Made by a program: the position numbers and the translations under genes. Shown here piece after piece: positions 8,891 through 18,029 of a stretch of DNA of 37,375 nucleotides; position 1 is the first letter of the stretch; the number at the start of each line of letters is the position of its first letter. Location of the stretch: contig JAUWYL010000010.1 in NCBI GenBank assembly GCA_030615855.1, positions 1 to 37,375 of the forward strand. The letters are read 5' to 3'. Source of the DNA: a bacterium (GTDB lineage Bacteria > UBP18 > UBA7526). Below the pieces are notes generated by a model. That model was not told where the DNA came from, did not search any database, and saw only the letters and a program-made list of their open reading frames with translations.

Positions 8891-9472
8891 TTACTTTATC
8901 AGTTTTGCTATCTCGTTCTTTACCCTTATCCAATCTTCTTCAGAGGATTCTTTGACTTTGATGGCTGCTATTCCGCAGGTTTGGTAAGCGGTGATATCCC
9001 GGTCCCTATCGCCAACCCCAAAGATGACATCATAACTTTTCTGGATGGTTCTGACAGTATCGATCTTGTATTCCAGACTCCGAGTAAAGGGCCTTCTATG
9101 ATATACTTCTCCTTGAGGGAAGTTATGTGCCTTTAACCACCACTTGGACGCCTTGAGGACCGTGGTCTCTCTACTACTTACATAGAATATCTTAATCCCT
9201 TTCTGCTCCACCCACCTCAATACTTCTCGGGATTTAAGAATCGGTTTATCCTTCTTTACCAGTTCAGGATTAAAATACTTTCTCCAGTTTGTACTGCCAT
9301 CTGGATTAGTGGCAATCGCTCTTCTCTCATTTTCATTAGCTATCGTTCCATCGATATCAATAATGCAGGCCTTGGGCTTAGGTAGTTGAGTAAAAGCCTT
9401 TTGAACTCCGCCAAATAAGACAGAAACAATAACTAACCCCAGAACCCCAATCCATAGATACCTTCTTCTCAT
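8891..9472 (-). CDS. Exported HAD-superfamily phosphatase
   Basis: Signal/TM N-terminus; DIDGT motif I, SSR motif II, GDRDRD motif IV. Confidence 0.8.
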   Translation of the reverse strand: MRRRYLWIGVLGLVIVSVLFGGVQKAFTQLPKPKACIIDIDGTIANENERRAIATNPDGSTNWRKYFNPELVKKDKPILKSREVLRWVEQKGIKIFYVSSRETTVLKASKWWLKAHNFPQGEVYHRRPFTRSLEYKIDTVRTIQKSYDVIFGVGDRDRDITAYQTCGIAAIKVKESSEEDWIRVKNEIAKLIK

Positions 9473-9559
9473 ATCCTTCCCCTCCTTTGCAACCGCAAAA
9501 GCGCAAAATTATAAACAAAAACGCAAAATTAATTTATAGGATTTTTAGTTGCTGTTGAT

Positions 9560-9720
9560 AATCTGCGATCATCTGCGTCTTAATCTGCGCCTTAATCTGC
9601 GCCTTGCTTTTAGTTTTTAGTCTCCGAACTCCGAACTATTAACTCCGAACTAACTTATCTGTGCTCATCTGCGGTCTTTTTCTGTGGCCATCTGTGGTTC
9701 TCATCTGCGGTCATCTGCGT
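9560..9720. repeat. Degenerate ATCTGCG/ATCTGTG tandem repeats with a CTCCGAA sub-array
   Basis: About 9 ATCTG(C/T)G copies. The same motif occurs at ~6165-6209, 8548-8584, 8655-8696 and 32912-32954. Confidence 0.8.
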
Positions 9721-9884
9721 CTACCGAAGCAGCCTAACTGACAGTCAGTAATCTTAATCCCCAACTCATTCGCTGCCTTACCAATCTCTATAGGCTTCAC
9801 CTTCAACCTTTTAGCCAGAGCCAAGGCTTCAACACAGGGAAGTCTCTTGTTCTGTGCTACTTTTAAAACTTCATCTTTAATCAT
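9711..9884 (-). CDS. Small 57 aa Cys protein with C-terminal CQLGCF motif (below the ORF-track cutoff)
   Basis: Manually translated: MIKDEVLKVAQNKRLPCVEALALAKRLKVKPIEIGKAANELGIKITDCQLGCFGRRR, with a GAGGG RBS. Confidence 0.75.
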   Translation of the reverse strand: MIKDEVLKVAQNKRLPCVEALALAKRLKVKPIEIGKAANELGIKITDCQLGCFGRRR

Positions 9885-9957
9885 TTCATTTCCCTCTTGA
9901 CAAGTCTTACGGCAAACCTAATTAACACCGCGTAGGTGTTAACGGTTAACTTCTCAA

Positions 9958-10419
9958 TTACCTGATCCTCTTTTTAACGAACTTTACTGCCTTATCAAAT
10001 TCATTAGATGAGATTATCAAATCTACTTTCTTTAGTACTCTCTTGGCACTCTCCTTTATCCTCTTTCCCTCTGCCTTAATCATTACAGCAACGTCTGGTT
10101 TAATATAATCTAAGACGCTCGTTCCTTCAATGATTACTCCCTTGCATCCCGAGACCATTCCCAGGGCAACCTTAAGCGCCCAGCCTAAGTCTTTTCTGGG
10201 AGAACTAACCAAGACCACCTTCTCTGCTCCGGCTTCCTTTAGTAAAGCAGTATCCTTTCCCGGAGCCTCGATCGCCTCCTCTTTAGAAGTGACGGAGATA
10301 TTCTCTTTGGAAACCGTGGTCTTTATTGCTCCGAAGTCCTTCAGACTTTTAAGAATCTTACAGGCCAAAGCGGTCTTCCCCACCCCCTTATGCGCCCCTG
10401 ATATCGTAATAATCTTCAC
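9958..10419 (-). CDS. MobB-like P-loop NTPase
   Basis: ITISGAHKGVGKT Walker A, GKDT, VIIEG. The likely start is GTG at 10419 rather than 10449. Confidence 0.7.
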   Translation of the reverse strand: MKIITISGAHKGVGKTALACKILKSLKDFGAIKTTVSKENISVTSKEEAIEAPGKDTALLKEAGAEKVVLVSSPRKDLGWALKVALGMVSGCKGVIIEGTSVLDYIKPDVAVMIKAEGKRIKESAKRVLKKVDLIISSNEFDKAVKFVKKRIR

Positions 10420-10497
10420 CCCGCACCTTCTACCATCTTCACCCCGCACCCTCTCCTCTCCAAATCCTAACCGCGGACAAGGAAGGGGCGGGGTTCA
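10417..10497. repeat. Second copy of the CACCCCGC...AAGGGGCGGGGTTCA palindromic element
   Basis: Direct sequence similarity to 6961-7019. Confidence 0.7.
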
Positions 10498-10507
10498 TCT
10501 TTATTCC

Positions 10508-10711
10508 TTAGAGAGAGTTGATGTAGCTCTCAATCAATGCTTTTGCCTCTTCTGCCTGCTCTTTTGAAGTTAGAATATCTACCTTACCCATAGGACCTAA
10601 GTGAGGGATATCTGCAGAACGAAGCATTACCAGAATCCCATTCTTCTCCAACAAGTCTTCCAACATCTCGGCAATCGACCTATTCGGTGCAAGGTAAACT
10701 ATTTCCCACAT
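10508..10711 (-). CDS. Small DUF2007-like (PII-fold-like) protein
   Basis: MWEIVYLAPN..IAEMLEDLLEKNGI.V......V.I....E.AEEA pattern. Confidence 0.7.
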   Translation of the reverse strand: MWEIVYLAPNRSIAEMLEDLLEKNGILVMLRSADIPHLGPMGKVDILTSKEQAEEAKALIESYINSL

Positions 10712-10741
10712 TTAATATTTCCCTTCATCTCCCTTTGGATT

Positions 10742-12025
10742 TTAGTTCTGGAATTCTGCAGTTTTTACAGAGATCACTTTTCCGGAACTTACTGAGGAGT
10801 AAAAGATCATGGTGGCAGCAATTACTACTAAGTTAAAAAGAACAACCAAGGCCGTAGTAAAGGGTCTTATGGATAGGTTCATCCAGGGACGCCAAGCTAA
10901 TAAACAGCGTAAGATGTTATCAATTTTAAGGGGAATGAAGAGAATAATAGCCCCGCAGATAATAAAGAAAGAACACTTCACAAAATTCCTCTTCCAGAGG
11001 ATGAAATTAGATTTCAGAGCAGATGAAAATCCCAGACCTTCTTTCACAATTATACAAGGGATGAATATGATAAAAAGGTTAATAATGTGGGGGATAAAAG
11101 TATGATAAAATTGATAAATTTGGAGGAAGCTTCCCGAAGGCCGCCAATAGGTTTTGCCCAGACTAACGGATAGAAGAAAAGGCAATTCAGGGATTAGCAG
11201 GATGACGGCAAGGATTATATGAAAGAGAAACAGAGGTTTAAAATATCTGAGGGCATAAGACATAATCCCAGATCTCATTAATTTCTCACCCTTTATTGCT
11301 CTATCGATAATGGATAATATACCTCCTTCAAGCAATGAAATGAATCCAGCACCGAACCATAGCCCAGGAAGAACCAGGGCCACCGGCCAAGCAGCAAGCT
11401 CTCTGAATTTGCCCCGGCAGAATAAAAACATACCGGCAAAAAATAAGACCGAAAAGACCAAAGAAGGAAGGAGCAATTTATCTACAAATACAACAGATTC
11501 TTTAAGATCGGTTTCTTTGAATCGGTTGAGATATTTCTTTATGAGGCTAATGCCAAACAAAACTATTAAAAAGAATATTATAGCCTCTATTTGATAGTTA
11601 CGGGTTCCAAGGCGAAAGTATTCTAAACCATGCAAGAGAATCTGCCGCCAAGATTTGAATCCCCATATTAATGGTATAATTTTTGTTTTACCTTCTGCTG
11701 CTTCCTCTACAGACTTTGCTATCTTTTCTGCATGCTTGTGATACCAAGAGACACGTATAAGAGCGCCATATAGAAAATTTAATAGGGTAATAAATAAAGG
11801 AACTAAGAATATCCAGATATGTTTTCTGACTATGTAAAAGCCTTCTTTGAACATCAGGAAGTAGGTCTTTATCTTTCGAAACTCTTCATTCTTCTCCCTG
11901 GCAAGCAGTTTACGTAATCCAAGAATAACAATGATTGCTATTACCAAAATTAACAGAATATCCATAAGAATATCTATGGGGGTCAATAGAGCAAACGGCT
12001 GGGTAAAGATTCTTATAGAAGGCAT
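10742..12025 (-). CDS. Multipass membrane protein, paralog of 15276..16553
   Basis: 427 aa with about 8-9 hydrophobic segments; N- and C-termini closely match the paralog. Confidence 0.8.
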   Translation of the reverse strand: MPSIRIFTQPFALLTPIDILMDILLILVIAIIVILGLRKLLAREKNEEFRKIKTYFLMFKEGFYIVRKHIWIFLVPLFITLLNFLYGALIRVSWYHKHAEKIAKSVEEAAEGKTKIIPLIWGFKSWRQILLHGLEYFRLGTRNYQIEAIIFFLIVLFGISLIKKYLNRFKETDLKESVVFVDKLLLPSLVFSVLFFAGMFLFCRGKFRELAAWPVALVLPGLWFGAGFISLLEGGILSIIDRAIKGEKLMRSGIMSYALRYFKPLFLFHIILAVILLIPELPFLLSVSLGKTYWRPSGSFLQIYQFYHTFIPHIINLFIIFIPCIIVKEGLGFSSALKSNFILWKRNFVKCSFFIICGAIILFIPLKIDNILRCLLAWRPWMNLSIRPFTTALVVLFNLVVIAATMIFYSSVSSGKVISVKTAEFQN

Positions 12026-12055
12026 CGATTATTTCCTTTCATTTCCCTTTGGATT

Positions 12056-12631
12056 TTAGTTCTTCAGAGTTAGTGTTATTTCTCTCTCTTTTTCTGGCAC
12101 TCTAAAGACTATTTTCTCATCGGAGAGCCATTTAGCATCTGTCTCAAATCTGTCTGGAGTATTAGTTAATTGGGTTTGATTAGTACCGTCAGCATTTATT
12201 GCCCAGATATCTCGGTTAAATGTCTGGTGGCCGTCCTCCCAAATGATGGAAAAAAGAACCCTTTGCCCATCGGGTGACCAGCGAGGATAGTCGGCATAAG
12301 CATATTCCCTTCCGGTAGAAGACCTAGTACTGGGAATGGTTTCTGGAGTATGGGTTAACTGTTTTTTATTGCTACCGTCAATATTCATCACCCAGATTTC
12401 AGCATTAAAAGTAAATAGTGCCTTCTTCCCATCTGGAGATATTGCTTTCCTTCCTATTGCTTCTAGTGAGATCGGTTTCACTATTTCTATTTTAACCCCT
12501 GGCTTTATTTCAACCTTTTCCATTTCTTTAACTTCTCTTGTTTTTCTGGAAAGATGCCATTGATATCCTCTAATCGCCCCTAATATTAAAATAACGGCTA
12601 AAATTATAAGCAATGTCTTCTTTATCTTCAT
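12056..12631 (-). CDS. Membrane-anchored TolB/PD40-repeat protein
   Basis: SPDGKK and PRWSPDGQR repeats, IW.MN.DG.N..QLT twice, N-terminal TM. Confidence 0.8.
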   Translation of the reverse strand: MKIKKTLLIILAVILILGAIRGYQWHLSRKTREVKEMEKVEIKPGVKIEIVKPISLEAIGRKAISPDGKKALFTFNAEIWVMNIDGSNKKQLTHTPETIPSTRSSTGREYAYADYPRWSPDGQRVLFSIIWEDGHQTFNRDIWAINADGTNQTQLTNTPDRFETDAKWLSDEKIVFRVPEKEREITLTLKN

Positions 12632-13749
12632 TTCCCTTTAGGCTTTAGTTCTTGGATTCGCTTTTTGGCTTTCTCTACTAAGTATTTTTTCTTGGGGTAA
12701 TTATCTATTGCCTTTTGATAGGATTGGATTGCCTGGGGATATTTTTTCTGCTTTTCGTAAAGGCTTCCTATCTCATACTGGTCCATGGGGGCTCGCCTAT
12801 CCTGAGGATAATTCTTTAAAACCTTTTGATAGGTCCTGATAGCTTCTTCATAATTGTTTGTTTCTTTATAGCATTCAGCAAGTCTACGATAAGCAGAGGT
12901 TATCAAAGGGTTCTCCTGACCCTTTTCTATTATCTTCTGGTATGCTTTTATGGCAGGCTCATAATCGTTTAATGCCGGAGAACAATGTTTCTTAATCGTT
13001 GTTGCTGCCATTAGTGCTATTCTATCCTGGGAATAGTTATCAATGACTTTATTGAATTCTATCACGGCCTGTTTGTAATCCCCCCGATCCCTCCAATAGA
13101 TAAAAGCGATATTATATTGAACTAAAGCAGCGAGGTTTACATTTGATGATCCAATAAAATAAGAATGCCGAAACACCCAATCTTCAAAATCATCAAAGTT
13201 ATGTTGAGGATACTTCGCGATAAACTTTCTCATTTCCTTTATTTGCTCATCAGGTTTTTCTTGAAGATAGAGAAACATAATAATAAAGTATTGTGCTTCA
13301 TCAGCCCATTTGCTCTCTGGATGATTGTCAATAACTTCTCGCAGGGATTTTATGGCTCTATTGACTCTTTCTTGCCATTTTTCGTTCTTCTGTACTTGGG
13401 AAATTCTGGCCTCTAACACTTCCTGTGGCGGAATCTCAATTCTTGGATGGGTTTTAGACTCTCTGATTTTTGGATAAGGACAACGAACATATCTGGCGAT
13501 ATCATTATTGATCCTAATGGCATACTTAAAATGCTCCTCTGGAGTCCTCGGCCTCTTTAGATATTTAATCCCCCAGTAGAGGTTCGACCTTAAACAATTA
13601 TACTCTACCATTCGCTTCAGTTTCTTATGGGGATATTCCATAGATTTCAAATTGGTAAAGAAACTATTTACCCAATAGCTCCATCCTACAATGGCTAGAA
13701 CTCCAATGCTCAACAGAATAATTAATCTTTTCTTAGTAGGCTTCCTCAC
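12628..13749 (-). CDS. Membrane-anchored TPR protein (BamD/YbgF-like repeats)
   Basis: Repeated A...Y.K.I.NYP TPR motifs. The likely start is GTG at 13749, with the RBS AAAGGGGG coming from the degenerate junction repeat. Confidence 0.8.
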   Translation of the reverse strand: MRKPTKKRLIILLSIGVLAIVGWSYWVNSFFTNLKSMEYPHKKLKRMVEYNCLRSNLYWGIKYLKRPRTPEEHFKYAIRINNDIARYVRCPYPKIRESKTHPRIEIPPQEVLEARISQVQKNEKWQERVNRAIKSLREVIDNHPESKWADEAQYFIIMFLYLQEKPDEQIKEMRKFIAKYPQHNFDDFEDWVFRHSYFIGSSNVNLAALVQYNIAFIYWRDRGDYKQAVIEFNKVIDNYSQDRIALMAATTIKKHCSPALNDYEPAIKAYQKIIEKGQENPLITSAYRRLAECYKETNNYEEAIRTYQKVLKNYPQDRRAPMDQYEIGSLYEKQKKYPQAIQSYQKAIDNYPKKKYLVEKAKKRIQELKPKGK

Positions 13750-13798
13750 TCGTCCCCCTTTAGACTTCAGCAAGCGAAATAAATAATAGTAAATATAG

Positions 13799-15262
13799 TT
13801 ATGAATTTGGCTGTAAGGGATGCCTTTCTCTGAATTTTATTGCTTTAATTCGCTTATCTACTTGCCGTTGAGCAGACCAACTATCTGGATATTTACTCTT
13901 TAATGTCTGATAAGTGGCAATTGCCTTTTGGTGTTCGCCCTTTTCTTCGTAGCACTCTCCAATCTTAAAGTAAGCCTCAGCGACATTATGGGCTTCGGGA
14001 TAATCTTCTATGAATTTCTGGTAGGCTTCTATTGCCTTATCAAATTCTCCTAATTTCTGATAGCACTCTCCAATTCTAAATTGAGAATGGATAGTCTGAA
14101 ATTTCTTAAGCGCTTTCTGGTAGTTTCTTTCAGGAAAAAAGAAGATTCGCCCTAAGCCAGCGTGGGCTGATACCGCTTCTTTGCTTTTTGGATACTCATT
14201 TATAATCTTTTGGTAGGTTTCTTTAGCTTCTTCATACATCCGTAGTTGTCTATAGATTCTGCCCAAGTTTAGATAGATTCCCGGAATGCGGGTAGGGTCT
14301 TGCTTCTCAGTAAGTTCTTTCTTAAGCCTATAGATTTCTTCCCTCCTCCACCAATCGCTTCCCCATTTAGATTCCACCTTGGTGATTTTCCAGAGACCAC
14401 TCTTCTTAGTAAGGGTAAAATCAGCATGACCATAGTGCCTTGTAGGAACTTTGGTCTCTCCTTTTACTAAAATAGACTTCCATTGGAAGTGAGTATTTAC
14501 CCTTGCCTTGTCGTCTTCGAACCAGATACTATCCCAAGGATTCAAGAAGAGGGGAAAGGCGACTAATTTAAGGGAGATTTGCTCATGATTGTCAAAATAA
14601 TCTTTTAAGACTATTCTCTGTATTTCTCTGGGCTCAGCAAAGCAGAATAGATATGAATCAATGTCTTCGTTTTCAAAGGCTTTTACATAAGAATCAAGAA
14701 ATTTCAAAATCGGGGCTGCTCTTACTTCTCTTATTATAATACGAGAAACAACAGTTCCTATGATTAAGAGCATTATGATTAAAAGAGAAAGTTTAACTTT
14801 TCTATTCAGCCTTTTTATGCCTCTTATAATAATGGCCGGGAAAGAAAAGAGAAAGTATAGAGCTAAATAACTCCATAAGACCCAGCCGAAGTTTACACCC
14901 AAATCCAGATACCAAATAGTAGTAATATCTTCATGATATACTCCCCATAAAAACGAATAGATATAGTTATTGAAACGAAATAGGCCAATCAAAATAATCA
15001 GAGTAATAAAAGATGTTATTCCTAAAATCTTGGTCTTTCGTCTTGCTGACAAGAAAGCAATCCAAGCAGCCACACAGATTACAAGGTTACTGAGAAAAAG
15101 GGATACTATTACCAATATATTTTTGGTCTGCCAATAATGACGATATGCTTCCCAGCTGCCTAATATAACTATTCCAAATATGGCAAGAAAGGCTAAGGCA
15201 GATAAGATTATTAACCAGCGTGGTTTGAGCAGACTTTTAAGGTGTCCTTTTTTCATCTTCAT
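13799..15262 (-). CDS. Membrane protein with NTF2-like domain and C-terminal TPRs
   Basis: About 5 N-terminal TMs, a Y..AFE.EDID.Y...WKI NTF2-like segment, and TPR repeats. Confidence 0.75.
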   Translation of the reverse strand: MKMKKGHLKSLLKPRWLIILSALAFLAIFGIVILGSWEAYRHYWQTKNILVIVSLFLSNLVICVAAWIAFLSARRKTKILGITSFITLIILIGLFRFNNYIYSFLWGVYHEDITTIWYLDLGVNFGWVLWSYLALYFLFSFPAIIIRGIKRLNRKVKLSLLIIMLLIIGTVVSRIIIREVRAAPILKFLDSYVKAFENEDIDSYLFCFAEPREIQRIVLKDYFDNHEQISLKLVAFPLFLNPWDSIWFEDDKARVNTHFQWKSILVKGETKVPTRHYGHADFTLTKKSGLWKITKVESKWGSDWWRREEIYRLKKELTEKQDPTRIPGIYLNLGRIYRQLRMYEEAKETYQKIINEYPKSKEAVSAHAGLGRIFFFPERNYQKALKKFQTIHSQFRIGECYQKLGEFDKAIEAYQKFIEDYPEAHNVAEAYFKIGECYEEKGEHQKAIATYQTLKSKYPDSWSAQRQVDKRIKAIKFRERHPLQPNS

Positions 15263-15275
15263 TGGCCTTTGGATT

Positions 15276-16553
15276 TTAGTTCTTGGATTCTTCAGCTTTT
15301 AGAGAAATTACTTTTCTTGAAGTTACTGAGGAGTAAAAGATCATGGTGGCGGCAATTAGTATTAAATTAACAAAGGTCAACAATAAAGTTGTAAATAAAG
15401 GGCCTAATAGACCTATTCCTATAGGCGTGGTAACCAACCGTCTTATTGAACTAGAAATTATAAAGGGAATCAATAATATAGCCGCTCCACAAAAAATAAA
15501 AACAACGATCTTGGCAAAATGGTTTTTCCAGAAAAGAAAATTTTCTTTGAGTGCCGGTTTAAAGTTCAGGCTTTTACTAACAATAATATAGGGTATAAAG
15601 AGGACCAAAAGATAAAGGAGAGGCATTATAAAATCAACATAGGCTCTGGATAAATGTTGGGTAAATAATCTTATATATTCACTGTAACTAAATATACGTA
15701 ACCTCAAAATACCAGGTAAAATAAAAATCCATGTAACTATAGCAAGAAATAAATGGAGCATAAACAAAGGTCTAAAATGTCTGAGAATATCTGAAATAAT
15801 ATTACTCTTTGTAACTTCTTTTTTATTTATTATTCTTTCAACTGTTCCTAATATTCCAGCCATAACTAGAGTGAGCAAAATAATACTAAACCAAGAAAGG
15901 AATGGAGTCAAAAGGATTAGGTTTTTTGGAAAAAAGGGACAAGAGATGCGAAGTATAATACTTATTAATATTCCTAAGGCAATAGCAGAAGAAAGAGGCA
16001 ATATCTTTTTGATAAATGATACAGATTCTTTAAGTTCAGGTGCTTCACTTTTGTCCAAATATCTTTTAATATATCTTCCTCCTAAAAGAACTACTAAAAC
16101 AAGTAATAGGGGTACCAAACGACCTTGGCTACGAAATTGAAAATATTTTAAAGAAGAAGGGATAACCCTTCTAATAGTCAATAGTAAAAAGTGCCATAAA
16201 CTACTAAAAAACCCTCTCCAGCCTATCCCTTGAGGAAGTCTCTCCTTATAAATTTTAAGCCAATGAATATGCATAAGGCTACTATACAGGCAATCAGTTA
16301 AATTTATAAAAAGAGGTATTAGTACCAACCAGATGTATTTTTCCAACATACGGAATCCGTCCCGAAACATTAGGAAGTAGGTCTTTATTTTTCGGAACTC
16401 TTCGTTCTTCTCCTTAGCAAGTAGTCTAGCAAGTAGTTTGTGCAATCCAATAATAGCGAGGGCTACTATTACTAAAATTAACAAAACTTTCATGAGAATA
16501 TCTATGGGGGTCATTAAAGCAGTGGGTTGAGTAAAGATTCTTATAGGAGGCAT
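15276..16553 (-). CDS. Multipass membrane protein, paralog of 10742..12025
   Basis: MPPIRIFTQP...KNEEFRKIKTYFLMF and IAATMIFYSSV are shared with the paralog. Confidence 0.8.
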   Translation of the reverse strand: MPPIRIFTQPTALMTPIDILMKVLLILVIVALAIIGLHKLLARLLAKEKNEEFRKIKTYFLMFRDGFRMLEKYIWLVLIPLFINLTDCLYSSLMHIHWLKIYKERLPQGIGWRGFFSSLWHFLLLTIRRVIPSSLKYFQFRSQGRLVPLLLVLVVLLGGRYIKRYLDKSEAPELKESVSFIKKILPLSSAIALGILISIILRISCPFFPKNLILLTPFLSWFSIILLTLVMAGILGTVERIINKKEVTKSNIISDILRHFRPLFMLHLFLAIVTWIFILPGILRLRIFSYSEYIRLFTQHLSRAYVDFIMPLLYLLVLFIPYIIVSKSLNFKPALKENFLFWKNHFAKIVVFIFCGAAILLIPFIISSSIRRLVTTPIGIGLLGPLFTTLLLTFVNLILIAATMIFYSSVTSRKVISLKAEESKN

Positions 16554-16597
16554 CGACTACTTCCTTTCATTTCCCTTTGGATTTTAGTTCTCTGGAA

Positions 16598-17509
16598 TTA
16601 TTTTACTAAGGAGGGATTAGATTTATATCGATGTATTCTTATTTTCGTTTCTATCCTTTTTAGGGAATCAACAGATTCTATGAAAAAATCATCGTAGGAT
16701 ATTTTCAGTTTTCTTACTGTCTTTAATGGAATGCTATCAATGTTTGTAATCTGCTTAAGTTCCTGTTTCTCCTTATCAAATCTTATGATTCCATCTCCTC
16801 CAGTTCCAATCCATAGAAAACATTCATCAGCCACTAATGGTCCAGGACCTTTATAAATATTGGCTGGGACGTAAACTATAAAATGGGTGTTTTTACTTTT
16901 ATTATATCCTATTACTGGCCCTTTAAAATAGCCTGTCCATACATAGTCTCCATCCACAATTTCTCCAGTCTTAGAAACGTCTAAACGACTTTCACCAAGA
17001 TATTGCCGTATCTTTACTTTACCACTTTTAATGTAGCCGTTATCTTTTAGCCACTGGGCATGTTCTATCCCATGGTTATATTTACATTTCTTAAACTCTT
17101 TTATTGCTTTATCATACTCTCCTACATTAATATAAGATTGACCAAAAATAAAATAACGGTTCTCCTCGTTCTTTAATTTGATACCGCTCTTATTAAAGCA
17201 GCTAATATATTTCTCTAACATCTTTATTTTTTCACTTGGTAAACAATATCCACCTGATCCGCTGTGGCCACCTATAATATGATATTCTAATCTGTAATAT
17301 GCCTCGGTGGCAATTTTACTCTCCGGATAATTGTCTAAAATCCTTTGATAAATCTCTACCGCCTGATGGCGTGTATCATAGTTTTTCCAGAGTTTTTCTG
17401 CTTCGTTATATAACTTTTCAGCTTCTGAAATTGCAGCAGATTCTTCAATATAGATAAAAGAAGAAACTAAAAATATCAAGATTACTGAAATTATTAAACT
17501 ATGCTTCAT
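16598..17509 (-). CDS. Secreted TPR-containing protein with beta-rich C-terminus
   Basis: Likely start MKHSL at 17509 after the RBS AAGGAA. Signal peptide, YQRILDNYPES TPR, LWIGTGGDG motif. Confidence 0.75.
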   Translation of the reverse strand: MKHSLIISVILIFLVSSFIYIEESAAISEAEKLYNEAEKLWKNYDTRHQAVEIYQRILDNYPESKIATEAYYRLEYHIIGGHSGSGGYCLPSEKIKMLEKYISCFNKSGIKLKNEENRYFIFGQSYINVGEYDKAIKEFKKCKYNHGIEHAQWLKDNGYIKSGKVKIRQYLGESRLDVSKTGEIVDGDYVWTGYFKGPVIGYNKSKNTHFIVYVPANIYKGPGPLVADECFLWIGTGGDGIIRFDKEKQELKQITNIDSIPLKTVRKLKISYDDFFIESVDSLKRIETKIRIHRYKSNPSLVK

Positions 17510-17628
17510 TTCCTTTTCCCTTTGGATTTTGGTCCTTTCATTTATTGTCTTGCATATTTGCAAAGTGCCGAAGGTATTCGGGTAAGTGCCGTAAGACACG
17601 AACCTTTTATGCTGTGTTATATACTGTT

Positions 17629-17976
17629 TTAATCGATAACAGCATAATCGAGATATAATTTTGAGAGCTCAACAATAATATCATTAGGATTCTCAAAGTC
17701 ATTCTTATTTTCGTCGGATGCCTTAAACACTAAGTCGATCTTGATATAAGGGGAACTCTTATGGGTATACGTCACATGCGTTCTAGTATAAATACCACCC
17801 TGAATTGTAAAATTTTTAAGAACCTCCGCTCTTTTCATACCAGGTTTTAACTGACGATAATTAGATATTACCTTGAGTAATTTTTTATCGAAATCAAATT
17901 CCTTTTGGCAAGAGGTTAGCGAGATAATGGAAAAAATAAATATGGTTGAAATGACAATATAAAATAATTTTTTCAT
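17629..17976 (-). CDS. Small lipoprotein, probable integron-cassette origin
   Basis: MKKLF start with GAGGAGG RBS, lipobox LTSC, flanked by attC-like core sites. Confidence 0.7.
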   Translation of the reverse strand: MKKLFYIVISTIFIFSIISLTSCQKEFDFDKKLLKVISNYRQLKPGMKRAEVLKNFTIQGGIYTRTHVTYTHKSSPYIKIDLVFKASDENKNDFENPNDIIVELSKLYLDYAVID

Positions 17977-18029
17977 GGTTCCTCCTCTCAAGATTAAAAT
18001 GGTGTATAACTCCTCTTATATGAACTTTC

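Noticed and set aside
9880-9897. GAGGGAAATGA upstream of the CQLGCF gene as a ninth junction repeat
   Set aside because: Only the RBS-like tail matches; the CTAAAATCCAA core is absent.
17510-17599. ORF-track N-terminal extensions (starts at 17599, 17991, 13773, 10449)
   Set aside because: The extensions run through repeat, attC-like or RBS DNA. Downstream starts (17509, 17976, 13749, 10419) have RBSs and give proper signal peptides or domain starts.
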